A stretch of DNA of 64,000 nt from Bdellovibrionota bacterium. GTDB lineage: Bacteria > Bdellovibrionota_C > UBA2361 > CAKMMH01. Under the pieces are notes generated by a model that had not been told where the DNA came from, did not search any database, and worked only from the letters and a program-made list of their open reading frames with translations. Both the position numbers and the translations under genes were made by a program. Positions 8,951 to 19,277 of this stretch are shown here, piece by piece (position 1 is the first letter of the stretch; each line of letters starts with the position of its first letter). The stretch lies in NCBI GenBank assembly GCA_050952645.1, contig JBMNLI010000014.1, forward strand, positions 10,300-74,299, given 5' to 3'.

Positions 8951-11900
8951 TTTTAATTCCTGGTATAAAATTAGATAATGATAGTATAAAGACTACTAAA
9001 CTCCCAGGGAGTTTGTGGAGAAAGGAAAAATATGTAGATTTTGTTCCCGTTGATAAAGAAAGTGAGACGATAAAACTTAGGACAATGAAGGGAGGGAAGA
9101 TTTTTATTAAGTCTGGTATAATATTAGATATATTTAAGTTGTTAGATGATGAGCCTCTCATAGCAGATTCGTTTCATGTAGGTTTTTTTAGGACTGCGCA
9201 AATTTTCGATACATCTAGTTCACCTAAGGGGAGTTCGTCTAGTAGTAGTCCATCATCTAGCAGTTCATCGTCTAGTAGTAGCAGTAGTTTATCTAGTAGC
9301 AGTGCATCTATTAGTAGCAGCTCATCTCTAAGTTCTTCTAGCAGTAGCAGTTTAAGTAGTTCTAGCTCATCTTTAAGTTCTAGTTCTTCTTCTAGTAGTA
9401 AGAACAGTTCGTCTAGTTCATTAAGTAGTAGTAGTTTTAGTAGTTCTAGCTCATCTTTAAGTTCACCTTCAAGTTCATCATCTAGTAGCAAAAGCTCTAG
9501 CAAGAGTAGTTCGCCAAGTTCTTCTAGTTCTGTAAGTTCAAACTTATCGCCAAGTAGTAGCAGTTTGTCTAGTTCGTCTAGTAGTTCTAGTTCTTCATCT
9601 AGTAGTAGTTCTTCTAGTTTTCTAAGTTCAAGCTTATCGCCTAGTAGTAGTAGTTCATCAAGCTCTTCTAGTAAGAGTTCATCTTCAAACAAGAGTTCTT
9701 CACCAAGTAGTAGCTCATCAAGCTCTTCTAGTAAGAGTTCATCTTCAAGCAAGAGTTCTTCACCAAGTAGTAGCTCATCTAGCGAGAGTTCCTCGTCTAG
9801 TAGTAGCAGCAGTGCATCAACAAGTAGTTTTAGCAGTTCTTTAAGTTCAAGTTCATCACCAAGTATTAGCAGTTCGAGTTCAAGTAAAAGTAGCTTATCA
9901 CGTTCATCTAGTAAAAGCAGTTCTTCTAGTTTTTTAAGTTCTAGTTCTTCGCTAAGTAGCAGTTCGAGGAGTTCATTAAGTAGTAGTAGTTTTAGTAAGA
10001 GTTCTTTATCTAGCTTTTCTAGTTCTCTAAGTTCAAGCTTATCACCTAGTAGTAGTTCATCAAGTAAGAGTTCATCATCATTTAGCAAAAGCAGTTCGAG
10101 CAAGAGTAGTTCGCCAAGTAGCAGTTCTTCTAGTTCTTTAAGTAGTAAGAGTAGCTTGCCAAGTGCATCAAGTAAAAGCAGTTTGTCGCCTAGTAGTAGT
10201 TCTTCTTCTAGTAATTTAAGTAGCTTGCCACCAGAGCCTCCTATTACGTCGCCTAGCACTAGTTCTTATTCTAGTAGTTCGTCTAGTAGTAGTAAGAAGC
10301 CACCACTACCGCCAGTAAATCCATCTAGTAGTAGTTTTTCTAGTGAAAGTGAAGATTCCACTTCGAGCACGCCTCAAGAAGTTTGCCCTCCAAATACGGA
10401 AGTTTGTTTTGAGGGGTTATGTTGTCCGATAGGGACTTGTCGCTTTACCATTGTCAATGGTTCTGTTACTGCAAGGTGGTGTGATACTCAAAGTTCTTCA
10501 GCATCATCTTTACCGCCAGTAATTATAAGTGAAAGTTTTTCTTCTTTCTCGAGTGAAAGCTCATCAGAAAGTGAAAGCTCTTTTAGTTTTTCTTCAGCGT
10601 GTCCTCCTTGGAGGCAGTGTGATTATCTTTGTTGTGAAGAGGGGGAGGAGTGTAAAACGTATTTACAAGAAAATGCAGACGGTGAGATTATCCCGATTCC
10701 TAGTTGTGAGAAAGTGAGTAAAAGCTCGTCTAGTTTTTCTTCTGAGACGTTTAGCAGTGAAAGTTTATCTAGTTCTTCTTTAGCGTGTCCTTCTGATAGG
10801 CAGTGTGGGCATTTATGTTGCGAGGATAGCGAAACGTGTAGTATAGAAGTACAAGAAGAAGGCGAGGATATTTATATCGTATATAATTGTATAAAAGAGA
10901 GTGTAAGTTCTAGTGAGAGTTCTTTAGAAAGTGTAGCTTCGAGCGAAAGCTTAGAAAGTAGTAGTTTAAGCAATTCTTCTAGCTCTTTAAGTTCTAGTTC
11001 GAGTAAGAGTAGCTCACCTAGTTCATCTAGTTTAAGTAGCTCTTCTTCTAGTTCATCATCTCCAAGTAGTTCAAGCAGTTCTTCTAGCTCGTCATCTAGT
11101 TTTAGTAGTAGCAGTTCTTCTTCATGCAGTGAAGGTACAGAAATGTGTGGAGACGTTTGTTGCGACCCAAATAAATGTAATTCTGATACTTGCTGCCCTA
11201 ATGAAGATCCTGTGCCGTGTGGAGATAAACCGTGTTGTGATAATGGTAAATGCGCTAATCCTGATGAAAGTCTCTGTTGCCAAGATTGGCAAGTGCCTTT
11301 TAATGGGGGATGTGAAGAGCCGTGCAATGATTGTTGCGATTCAAGAGAGATATCTATTATTAGAAGAGATGCTTATGGAAATCAAATAACTCGTTGTTGT
11401 CCACAGGGTTCAACTTATACCAATGCTCAAGGTAATTTATGGTGTGATAACCCAGCTAAGTGTCAAAATAATGGAGAAACTATGAGACAAATAGGTTTTA
11501 TACAAGAAAGCCATTCTCCACATAAGGTTTATATGTGTTGTAAGGAAGATTTATGGTGGCAAGATCTTAGTTCGGGATATTGGGTATGTGGAGCTAGTAG
11601 TAGCAGTTCATCAAGCTCTTCTAGTAAGAGTTCATCTTCAAACAAGAGTTCTTCACCAAGTAGTAGCTCATCAAGCTCTTCTAGTAAGAGTTCATCTTCA
11701 AGCAAGAGTTCTTCACCAAGTAGTAGCTCATCTAGCGAGAGTTCCTCGTCTAGTAGTAGCAGCAGTGCATCAACAAGTAGTTTTAGCAGTTCTTTAAGTT
11801 CAAGTTCATCACCAAGTATTAGCAGTTCGAGTTCAAGTAAAAGTAGCACATCTAGTGGAAGTTATAATAGTTATGAAGCGGAATCTGTAAGTAGTGTATC

Positions 11901-12261
11901 TAGTAAAAGTTTAGAAAGCCAAGCGAGTTGCGAAAGTGGTTCTTATGCTTGTGGAACTAATTGCTGTTCTAGTGAGCAAGATTGTTATAATGATAGAAGT
12001 GAATGTTGCGATGGTAAGTTTGTAAATGGGACGTGTTGCCCAGCAGAGAGAGTTTACGATGGTTCTAAATGTTGTGATGAGGGTAAAGTTGCTTATACAT
12101 CATACTTAGGAAGTGGTTGCTGTAAAATAGATCATGTATATACGCATGATATTTATGAATATTGTTGTCGTGAACCGTTATGTGGTGGTGAATGTTGTGG
12201 CGAACTAAGAGAATGTAATAATGGCGAATGTGTAGACAAAGAAGGATACTCGGCTAGTTAA
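8941..12261 (+). CDS. Large poly-Ser / Cys-rich repeat protein (start uncertain)
   Basis: 1106 codons open; Ser tracts use mixed AGY/TCN codons; repeated C-P-x(3-5)-C-x(3-4)-CC modules. Confidence 0.8.
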   Translation: MKSLLIPGIKLDNDSIKTTKLPGSLWRKEKYVDFVPVDKESETIKLRTMKGGKIFIKSGIILDIFKLLDDEPLIADSFHVGFFRTAQIFDTSSSPKGSSSSSSPSSSSSSSSSSSSLSSSSASISSSSSLSSSSSSSLSSSSSSLSSSSSSSSKNSSSSSLSSSSFSSSSSSLSSPSSSSSSSKSSSKSSSPSSSSSVSSNLSPSSSSLSSSSSSSSSSSSSSSSSFLSSSLSPSSSSSSSSSSKSSSSNKSSSPSSSSSSSSSKSSSSSKSSSPSSSSSSESSSSSSSSSASTSSFSSSLSSSSSPSISSSSSSKSSLSRSSSKSSSSSFLSSSSSLSSSSRSSLSSSSFSKSSLSSFSSSLSSSLSPSSSSSSKSSSSFSKSSSSKSSSPSSSSSSSLSSKSSLPSASSKSSLSPSSSSSSSNLSSLPPEPPITSPSTSSYSSSSSSSSKKPPLPPVNPSSSSFSSESEDSTSSTPQEVCPPNTEVCFEGLCCPIGTCRFTIVNGSVTARWCDTQSSSASSLPPVIISESFSSFSSESSSESESSFSFSSACPPWRQCDYLCCEEGEECKTYLQENADGEIIPIPSCEKVSKSSSSFSSETFSSESLSSSSLACPSDRQCGHLCCEDSETCSIEVQEEGEDIYIVYNCIKESVSSSESSLESVASSESLESSSLSNSSSSLSSSSSKSSSPSSSSLSSSSSSSSSPSSSSSSSSSSSSFSSSSSSSCSEGTEMCGDVCCDPNKCNSDTCCPNEDPVPCGDKPCCDNGKCANPDESLCCQDWQVPFNGGCEEPCNDCCDSREISIIRRDAYGNQITRCCPQGSTYTNAQGNLWCDNPAKCQNNGETMRQIGFIQESHSPHKVYMCCKEDLWWQDLSSGYWVCGASSSSSSSSSSKSSSSNKSSSPSSSSSSSSSKSSSSSKSSSPSSSSSSESSSSSSSSSASTSSFSSSLSSSSSPSISSSSSSKSSTSSGSYNSYEAESVSSVSSKSLESQASCESGSYACGTNCCSSEQDCYNDRSECCDGKFVNGTCCPAERVYDGSKCCDEGKVAYTSYLGSGCCKIDHVYTHDIYEYCCREPLCGGECCGELRECNNGECVDKEGYSAS
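9641..9894 (+). repeat. About 254-bp intragenic direct repeat, copy 1 (contains a 60-bp tandem duplication)
   Basis: Near-identical to 11594-11847 (offset 1953, in frame; one mismatch seen). Confidence 0.9.
11594..11847 (+). repeat. About 254-bp intragenic direct repeat, copy 2
   Basis: Near-identical to 9641-9894. Confidence 0.9.
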
Positions 12262-12502
12262 GGCTCTCAAAATGTTTCGTTTTCGAGTGGCTTTTCAAAT
12301 TGAAGCTAAAATCTTTTAAAATCAAAAAAACGGCTTTATAATTATTTCTTGCTCAAGAAATATGATTATGTTAATTTATGAATGTTGGTTTTGTGTTTTT
12401 AAAAAGAACGCAAATTTTTTATAAAGAATTATAAAGGATAATTTTTCCTTTATATTCTTTATGGTTTTGATCTCTCCTAGAAAATAGGAGAAGGAGGTTG
12501 TA

Positions 12503-13353
12503 ATGAACTTTAAAACGCTTATGCCCACTATTGTTTTCTCGTTGGTGGGCGTTTTGTAGCTATTGTTTGCCTGTTATGCAGCAGAGTTGTGCAGGACAGG
12601 ATAAAGGTTCGACTAACAATCAGCAAATTATCCTTGCTGAAAAAGCACAATCTAAAGCTTTCCCATTAAATGGGACTGCGGAAGAGAAATTAGCGTATTT
12701 TGACGAACTCAATTTGGAGCTTTTTGAAAGTACACTTAGCACAAAAGTGGCAAAACGCTCCCTTGATGTGGACATGTCTTTGTCCAAAAAGCTTAAATGG
12801 CTTAAAAAATATACGACAAATTATAAAGCTAAAGTGGACGACATTCTACTTCTTGGTGGAAAGAGTGTCTACTTTAAGTGGTTGGGTGAAAATTTAAATT
12901 CGTACGACATTAAAAACTTAGAAGAGTCTATCGATGGGATGCAACTTAAGTTGTCTAAAGCAACTGAGGAAGAGTTTTTAATGGATCGTGAGAATTTAGC
13001 ACTTGTAGCTACTGCAAAGTTTGCTTGCATAAGTTCTTTGCAACGTTTTAAAGACATAAGAGAAAACAAAATCGTTACAAAAAGCGATGCTGTTTTAAAA
13101 GCAAATAACTGAAGCAGAGAGAGAAATTGATAAAATTTTAGCATGTTCTGAAAGTATTTGTCAGCAGGCGATTCATTATCAGAAGGATTTGCTGAAGATC
13201 GTAGAATCGGAATTGCAAAATTATGATATAGTTTTGAGCTTTGAGAGAAATAAATTCTATTTCGAATCAAGAAATGAAAGAGATAGAAAGTTAGCTGAAC
13301 TGCAAGTACAAGCTAAGGCTCAAGCCAAAACTGAAGCCAAGCAACAGCGTTAA
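12503..13353 (+). pseudogene. Exported hypothetical protein (about 282 aa) broken by two +1 homopolymer frameshifts
   Basis: AAGGAGGT RBS before ATG 12503; removing one T (12552-12555) and one A (13103-13105) gives MNFKTLMPTIVFSLVGVCSYC...AKTEAKQQR*, followed by a terminator. Confidence 0.7.
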
Positions 13354-13389
13354 CCGTAAACGAGTAACAAAATTAGTTGGTCAACATTT

Positions 13390-13422
13390 GAGCTCCTTGA
13401 TACGTTAAGGAGCTCTTTTTTT
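13390..13422 (+). terminator. Intrinsic terminator
   Basis: GAGCTCCTT-GATACGTT-AAGGAGCTC followed by T7; lies between convergent genes. Confidence 0.9.
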
Positions 13423-13446
13423 ATTTAATACTCTATATTATATTTA

Positions 13447-14629
13447 TTATATTATCGTAGGGACGGAATAGTCGATGCCATCTACGTCGAAGCCAAAAAG
13501 ATTTATAAAATCCTTTCTTACTCCCTCGATATCCGTTATTTCAGATATATTTTCCGATGTTATCTTATCCCAAGTAGCTGAAATCTTTTCTTGAATATCT
13601 TTGTTTAGCTCTAGATTGTCAACTCTTATTCGTCCCTCATCGTCTAGCTTGCAATCGCCTAAAATATCATTGTCGCTATAAAGGCGCACTATCTGCTCTA
13701 TACAGTCTTCATGCGTGCCTGCCTCTTTCATAAATCGATATAAAAGACTTAAATATAAAGGAACTACTGGGATAGCTGCTGATGCTTGCGTCACGAGTGC
13801 CTTATTTACTGAAATGTAAGATTTGCCTCCAATGTCTTTTATCAATTTATCGATATCTTTAACGGTATTAGTTAAATGCTCTTTAGCTTTTCCAATCGTG
13901 CCATCGTTGTAAATATCCCAAGTAAGTTTAGGCCCGATATAAGAGTAAGCAATGGTTCTAAAATTAGGAGCTAGCAGATCTTCTTTTTTTTAAAAACTCT
14001 ATCCACCTAAGCCAATCTTCTCCTCCCATAACTTTTATAGTTCCATTTATTTCATCTTGAGTAGCAGGCTCTAATGAGATTTCTTTTACCTCTCCTTCGT
14101 ATATATTAACAGTTTTTGAGTTAAATTGCTTGCCTATAGGTTTTAATGTAGATGCATAAGTCTTACCCGTAGTAGGGTCAGTTCTTCTAGGAGCAGCTAG
14201 GCTATAGAGTAAAAATTCTAGCTTCCCAAATTTTTTTCTTATCTCATCGATAATAATTTTTTTATTTTCATCTGAAAAAGCATCCATATTATGAAAGTTA
14301 TAATATACATCTTCATTTTTAAGGTTTTCCTTTAGCGCCTCTACCATATAATACCCTGCCGAAGCAGTCTTTTCTCCCGATGGTTCTTTTTCAAACCCAA
14401 CGCTTATCACATCAGCCTTTAGTCCAAAGCTTAGCACTATGCTAGATGAAATCCCATAGCCAGTTGAACCTCCAAGGACTAATGCATTTTTAAATTTATT
14501 TTTTGTAAAACTCTTCGATTTTACTAGGTTTATCTGATTCTCAATTATTTTTTTACATCCACCACTATGAGCCGTGGTGCATAAAAATCCCCTTATCTTA
14601 GGAACTATTATTCCAGTTTCTCGTTGCAT
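13447..14629 (-). CDS. fabV: Enoyl-ACP reductase FabV / trans-2-enoyl-CoA reductase (frameshift at T8 13984-13991)
   Basis: RGFLCTTAH, GGSTGYG, YSLAAPRR, TIKVMGGEDW; removing one base restores TIAYSYIGP and joins KALVTQASAAIP...HEDCIEQ. Confidence 0.92.
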
Positions 14630-14867
14630 TAAAAAAGCCTCCTAAAAACATTTATACCTTATGATTCATAATAATTTATACTTTAGTAAAACTTAAAACC
14701 AAAAAGGCACTTAAAAATATCTTTATATAATAAAATATTTTTATATAATATTATAAACATAAATAGAGTTCATTTGTAATTTTTAGTGTAGCAACACTTT
14801 ATGAGAAAGAACTAACTAAAAAAGAACTCACTCTTAATAACAAATAGGAAGTATTATAGTTTAAAGT

Positions 14868-15503
14868 ATGAATAAGCGAACTAGTAATATAATAACCATT
14901 CTAGAAAAAAAATATAAAAATTTAAAAAGTGCACTTATTTTTAGTAATCCTTACGAATGTTTGGTATCCGTGATGCTTTCGGCACAATGCACCGATAAAA
15001 AAGTAAATGAAGTGACGCCCGTTCTTTTTCAAAAATATAGATCGCCTAAAGAACTTTCAGAAGCCAAAATAAAGGATGTAGAGAAAATTATCAGGCAAGT
15101 TAATTATTACAAAACAAAGTCAAAGCATATAGTGGAAACTGCAAAAATTATAAGTAATAATTTTTCTAATAACATTCCTACTACTTTTGATGAGCTTATT
15201 TTACTTCCTGGAGTTGGGCAAAAAACTGCAAATGTGGTATTATCTGAACTTGGGCTTGAAGATACGTTTCCAGTAGATACGCACGTTTTTAGAGTTTCAC
15301 ATAGGCTTTCTTTAAGTAATGCAAAAAACGTAAGAGAAACTGAAGAGGATTTAAAAAAGATTATCCCTAAAGAGTATTGGAGAAAAGCTCATCATATGTT
15401 TATATGGCACGGAAGATTAGTTTGCAAGGCACAAAACCCTAAATGCAAAGAGTGCGAGTTAGCAAAGTTGTGTGATTTTTTCGGTTCTTCACGTTTTGGG
15501 TAG
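14868..15503 (+). CDS. nth: Endonuclease III
   Basis: LSAQCTD, LPGVGQKTANV (HhH), VDTHVFR, C-terminal Cx6Cx2Cx5C 4Fe-4S motif. Confidence 0.97.
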   Translation: MNKRTSNIITILEKKYKNLKSALIFSNPYECLVSVMLSAQCTDKKVNEVTPVLFQKYRSPKELSEAKIKDVEKIIRQVNYYKTKSKHIVETAKIISNNFSNNIPTTFDELILLPGVGQKTANVVLSELGLEDTFPVDTHVFRVSHRLSLSNAKNVRETEEDLKKIIPKEYWRKAHHMFIWHGRLVCKAQNPKCKECELAKLCDFFGSSRFG

Positions 15504-15584
15504 GTTAGAAAAATTGTTTTGGGTTCCGTGGGGTGAGTGATACTAATTTTAAGGTCTAAAACCTACCTTAAAACGTGAAGAGCC
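15483..15584 (+). mobile_element. 102-bp MITE with ISL3-like termini and 8-bp target-site duplication
   Basis: Inverted termini GGTTCTTCACGTTTT / AAAACGTGAAGAGCC; ATTTTTTC at both 15475-15482 and 15585-15592. Confidence 0.92.
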
Positions 15585-15668
15585 ATTTTTTCAAAGATAA
15601 AAAATTGGAAAACAAAGATAAACAAAACAAATAAAATAAACAAAATAAAAAAAATAAAAAGGATAAAA

Positions 15669-16658
15669 ATGAGTAATAATCTTGATAATTATAATAGTAT
15701 AAAGGAAACGGCAAATAATGTAGTGCAAAAAGAGATTGAGACGCTTGAAAGCATAAAAACCTCTATCGATGATAATTTTGTAGTAGCAGCAAAAATGATT
15801 CTAGAATTAAAAGAAGATGCAAAGGTAATAGTATCAGGCATGGGAAAAGCTGGCTTTATAGGAATGAAAATCTCTGCAACTTTTGCTAGCACTGGAGTGC
15901 CATCGTTTTTTCTTCATCCAGCAGAAGCAGTACACGGAGACTTAGGTAGATATAGAAAGAATGATATAGCGTTAATTTTATCTAACTCTGGTGAAACTCA
16001 AGAGGTTTTAAGGATTTTACCATCGTTAAAAATTATAGGTTGTCCCGTAATTTCTATTACGGGAAACGAGGCGTCTACTTTAGCAAAAAATAGCGATGTA
16101 GTGCTTTCTTTAAATAAAACTAAAGAGGCTTGCCCTTTAGGTTTAGCGCCGACTAGTTCAACGACTGCAATGCTAGTAATTGGCGATGCTTTAGCGATGG
16201 CAATCTTAAAAGAACGCAATTTTACGGCAGAACAATTTGCGTTTTATCACCCTGGGGGGGCGCTAGGTCGCTCGCTTATGAAAGTAGAGGAAATTATGAG
16301 AAAAGATGATCTGCTTTGTGTGGCAAATGAAAATATGACGGCAAAAGAGGTGATACAAAGCATGACTATCACTAAGGGACGCCCTGGGGCTGCAATTATA
16401 GTAAATGATGATGGGTTCCTAGTTGGAGTTTATACAGATGGAGACCTTAGACGAAATCTAAGTAAAGATTGTAGTTTTCTTGAAGAACCTATAAAAAATA
16501 TTATGGGTAAAAATCCTAAAACTATTTTAGGAGATAAGTTAATCGAGGAAGCTAGCCGAGTGTTAAGAGAGTTCGAGATAGATCAAATAATAGTAGTAAA
16601 TGAAGTAAATAAGCCTGTAGGTTTAGTAGATATACAAGATGTGTATAAGATATTTTAA
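15669..16658 (+). CDS. kdsD: Arabinose-5-phosphate isomerase (KpsF/GutQ family, SIS plus 2 CBS)
   Basis: SGMGKAG, LHPAEAVHGDLG, EACPLGLAPTSST, HPGGALG, TDGDLRR. Confidence 0.95.
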   Translation: MSNNLDNYNSIKETANNVVQKEIETLESIKTSIDDNFVVAAKMILELKEDAKVIVSGMGKAGFIGMKISATFASTGVPSFFLHPAEAVHGDLGRYRKNDIALILSNSGETQEVLRILPSLKIIGCPVISITGNEASTLAKNSDVVLSLNKTKEACPLGLAPTSSTTAMLVIGDALAMAILKERNFTAEQFAFYHPGGALGRSLMKVEEIMRKDDLLCVANENMTAKEVIQSMTITKGRPGAAIIVNDDGFLVGVYTDGDLRRNLSKDCSFLEEPIKNIMGKNPKTILGDKLIEEASRVLREFEIDQIIVVNEVNKPVGLVDIQDVYKIF

Positions 16659-16982
16659 TTTTTTGCCAAAGAATTTATAAAGCCTTATTATAAAGGTTAA
16701 AGGAGAAATTTTTTAGTTAAAAACTTTAGGTAAAAAATAAGATAAAAAAACTAAGGTAAAAATTAAGACAAAAACCAAGATAAAAAAACAAAGATAAAAA
16801 AACAAAGACAAAAATAAAAAATAAAAATAAAAGTCTAATAATATAAGCTACTAGAAAAATTCTTGTAAAAAGAAAAAACCATTTTAAAAATTTCTCATCA
16901 TATAAAATAGGTATTCACGTTTTAAAGTAAAAAATATCTATTTATCAAAGAAGAGTTATTAAAGAGTTATTAAAGAATTATT

Positions 16983-18551
16983 ATGGCATTAGAATTTAAT
17001 TTAGTACAAAAAATGAGTCAACAGCTTGCGATGACGCCGCAGCTTCAGCAAGCTATAAAGCTTTTACAGCTTAATAAGGCTGACTTAAAAGATCTTATAG
17101 AAAAGGAACTCCAAGAAAATCCAGTATTAGAAGATGCAAGAGAACTCGAGCAAAGAAATGAGCAAAGAAATAGTAAAAAAAATAAAGAAGACTTTGCAAA
17201 AGACGCAAAATTAAATTTTTCAGACGATAATTTAGATAATGGAGCAAGGAAACAGAAGAAATCGAATAATGAAAAAAGCGATTGGGAATTATACCAAGAG
17301 CGTTTTGGAGAGCTTCCAAGAACTAAGCGAAGATCTACTAGAGATTTTCAAAATATTCCATCTATAGAAAATACGATATCGCAAAAGCCATCTTTACATG
17401 AACATCTAATAGACCAGCTTCGTTTACTTTCCATATCTAAAAAAGAAGAAGAGCTTTGTTTAGAAATAATTTTAAACTTAGATAATAATGGATTTTTAAA
17501 TATTAGTTATGAAGAGTTAGGAGAGTTTTATAAGGCATCGCTAAGTGAAATAAACGTGGCAATAGATATATTAAAAGAGTTAGAGCCTTGTGGGGTAGGG
17601 GCTAGAAATGTAAAAGAATGTCTATGTTTCCAATTAGAAGCGATAGGCAAAAAGGACTCTTTAGAGATGAAGCTTATAAACGATCATTTAAATAGGCTTG
17701 CAATCAAGCAGTATGAGCAAATAGCCAAGATGGAAAATGTAGACTTAAAAAGTGTATACGTAGCACTTAAAAACATTAAGTCTTTAGAGCCTTATCCAGG
17801 GCGCTTATTTAGCGATGAGACTATAAATTATATAACGCCCGATATATATATTTTGAAAGATAAGGAAAGTGGTAAATGGAGAATAAGTTTTAATAATGAT
17901 GATATGCCAGAGCTAAGAGTTAATCCTGAGTATATAAGGCTAGCAAATAAGCAAAAAGAGTTAGAAAAAAAAGAGTTAGAAATGAGCAAAGGAGAAACCA
18001 AGGGAGAAAGCAAAGAAAATAAAGATAATGATTTAGATAATTCTTCAGATTATTTAACGGAAAAAATAAGAGCTGCATCTTGGTTTATAAAAAGCATAGA
18101 GCAAAGACAAAATACGATATACAAAGTTACTGAAAGTATAATAAAGTTTCAAGAAGATTTTCTTGAAAATGGCATAAGATATTTAAAGCCGATGGTATTA
18201 AAAGATGTAGCAAATGATATAGGCATGCATGAGTCGACCGTTAGCAGAGTAACGACTAACAAGTACGTGCATACGCCTCAAGGCATTTTTGAGTTAAAGT
18301 ATTTTTTTACTAGTGCTATCGGTTCTAGAAACAATCAAGACGTTTCATCGTCTTACATTAAAAAGCTTATCGAAGACCTTATAAATAAGGAAGATAAAAA
18401 TTCGCCTATAAGCGACCAATATATTACATTAGAACTTGCCAAAAAGAATATCGATATAGCAAGAAGAACCGTTGCAAAGTATAGAGAGGGGCTAGGCATT
18501 CTTCCATCATCGAAAAGAAAAAGACAAAATTTAGAAGAAAGATTTTGCTAA
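16983..18551 (+). CDS. rpoN: RNA polymerase sigma-54 factor
   Basis: MTPQLQQAIKLLQL, HESTVSRVT, RpoN box ARRTVAKYRE. Confidence 0.98.
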   Translation: MALEFNLVQKMSQQLAMTPQLQQAIKLLQLNKADLKDLIEKELQENPVLEDARELEQRNEQRNSKKNKEDFAKDAKLNFSDDNLDNGARKQKKSNNEKSDWELYQERFGELPRTKRRSTRDFQNIPSIENTISQKPSLHEHLIDQLRLLSISKKEEELCLEIILNLDNNGFLNISYEELGEFYKASLSEINVAIDILKELEPCGVGARNVKECLCFQLEAIGKKDSLEMKLINDHLNRLAIKQYEQIAKMENVDLKSVYVALKNIKSLEPYPGRLFSDETINYITPDIYILKDKESGKWRISFNNDDMPELRVNPEYIRLANKQKELEKKELEMSKGETKGESKENKDNDLDNSSDYLTEKIRAASWFIKSIEQRQNTIYKVTESIIKFQEDFLENGIRYLKPMVLKDVANDIGMHESTVSRVTTNKYVHTPQGIFELKYFFTSAIGSRNNQDVSSSYIKKLIEDLINKEDKNSPISDQYITLELAKKNIDIARRTVAKYREGLGILPSSKRKRQNLEERFC

Positions 18552-18561
18552 GAACGTTTTG

Positions 18562-19260
18562 TTAAAAAGATAAATCGATATTATCATAAATAGCATTACT
18601 TTTCTTATAGAGAGTAGCCCATTCACGGTCTCCATAACTAAAATGCCACCATTCACCATTGAAAGGGGCGAACTCTTGCTCGTGCATAAGTTTTCTTAAC
18701 ATTATTCTATTTTTAAATTGTTGTTTTGATATGTGAGTAGAAGCAGTGGCAAGTTTTTCTTCCTGAGAAAAATCTCCTATTTCCATTCCCATATCGAGAG
18801 GGAGCTCGTTTATTTCAATACTTAAGTCGACAGCACCACCAGTTGTGTGTCCTGCGACCTCTGGCATTGCAATCTTTATATGTGCTTTTTCTATGGCGTC
18901 GTTATGAGCAATATTAGGGTATTTTTTACAAATATCTTCTAGTGTAATTTTAAAATTTTCCCTTTGTATTTTTAAAGGTCTATAACAATTAAATATAACT
19001 AATTTTGCATCACTATTTATAGTTTTTAATTCGTTTGCAATATTTTTAATTTTCTTTGCAATACTTTCTCTTGCATAGAAAAAAATATTATTCTCATTAT
19101 GGTTTGAGATATTTTTAAGATAGCAAGGAGTTCTGAAAATGACCTTATCTCCTATAACATCTGGTAAGTATAGCATTTCTTCGTTGTTATCTATAACTTG
19201 CATTTCTAATAACTCCGACACTTTGCTAATTTTATTAAAGTCCCAAAATAAATCGTTCAT
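18562..19260 (-). CDS. VanX/DdpX-like D-Ala-D-Ala dipeptidase (M15 Zn peptidase)
   Basis: YRP, HTTGGAVD and EWWHFSYGD motifs; no signal peptide. Confidence 0.88.
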   Translation of the reverse strand: MNDLFWDFNKISKVSELLEMQVIDNNEEMLYLPDVIGDKVIFRTPCYLKNISNHNENNIFFYARESIAKKIKNIANELKTINSDAKLVIFNCYRPLKIQRENFKITLEDICKKYPNIAHNDAIEKAHIKIAMPEVAGHTTGGAVDLSIEINELPLDMGMEIGDFSQEEKLATASTHISKQQFKNRIMLRKLMHEQEFAPFNGEWWHFSYGDREWATLYKKSNAIYDNIDLSF

Positions 19261-19277
19261 ATTATTTTAATTTTTAT

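Noticed and set aside
9174..11849. Leu/Glu-rich minus-strand ORFs (9174-10259, 10872-11327, 11529-11849)
   Set aside because: Antisense shadows of poly-Ser codons; no independent coding signal.
13447..14629. fabV as two genes or a programmed frameshift
   Set aside because: One base removal in T8 restores a single conserved FabV; the same error pattern recurs in unrelated genes.
15483..15584. Dispersed element as integron attC or REP/BIME
   Set aside because: No RYYYAAC/GTTRRRY cores or cassette array; terminal inverted repeats with 8-bp duplications fit IS-type transposition better.
18562..19260. Vancomycin-resistance cluster
   Set aside because: Only a VanX-like peptidase; no D-Ala-D-Lac ligase, dehydrogenase or vanRS nearby.
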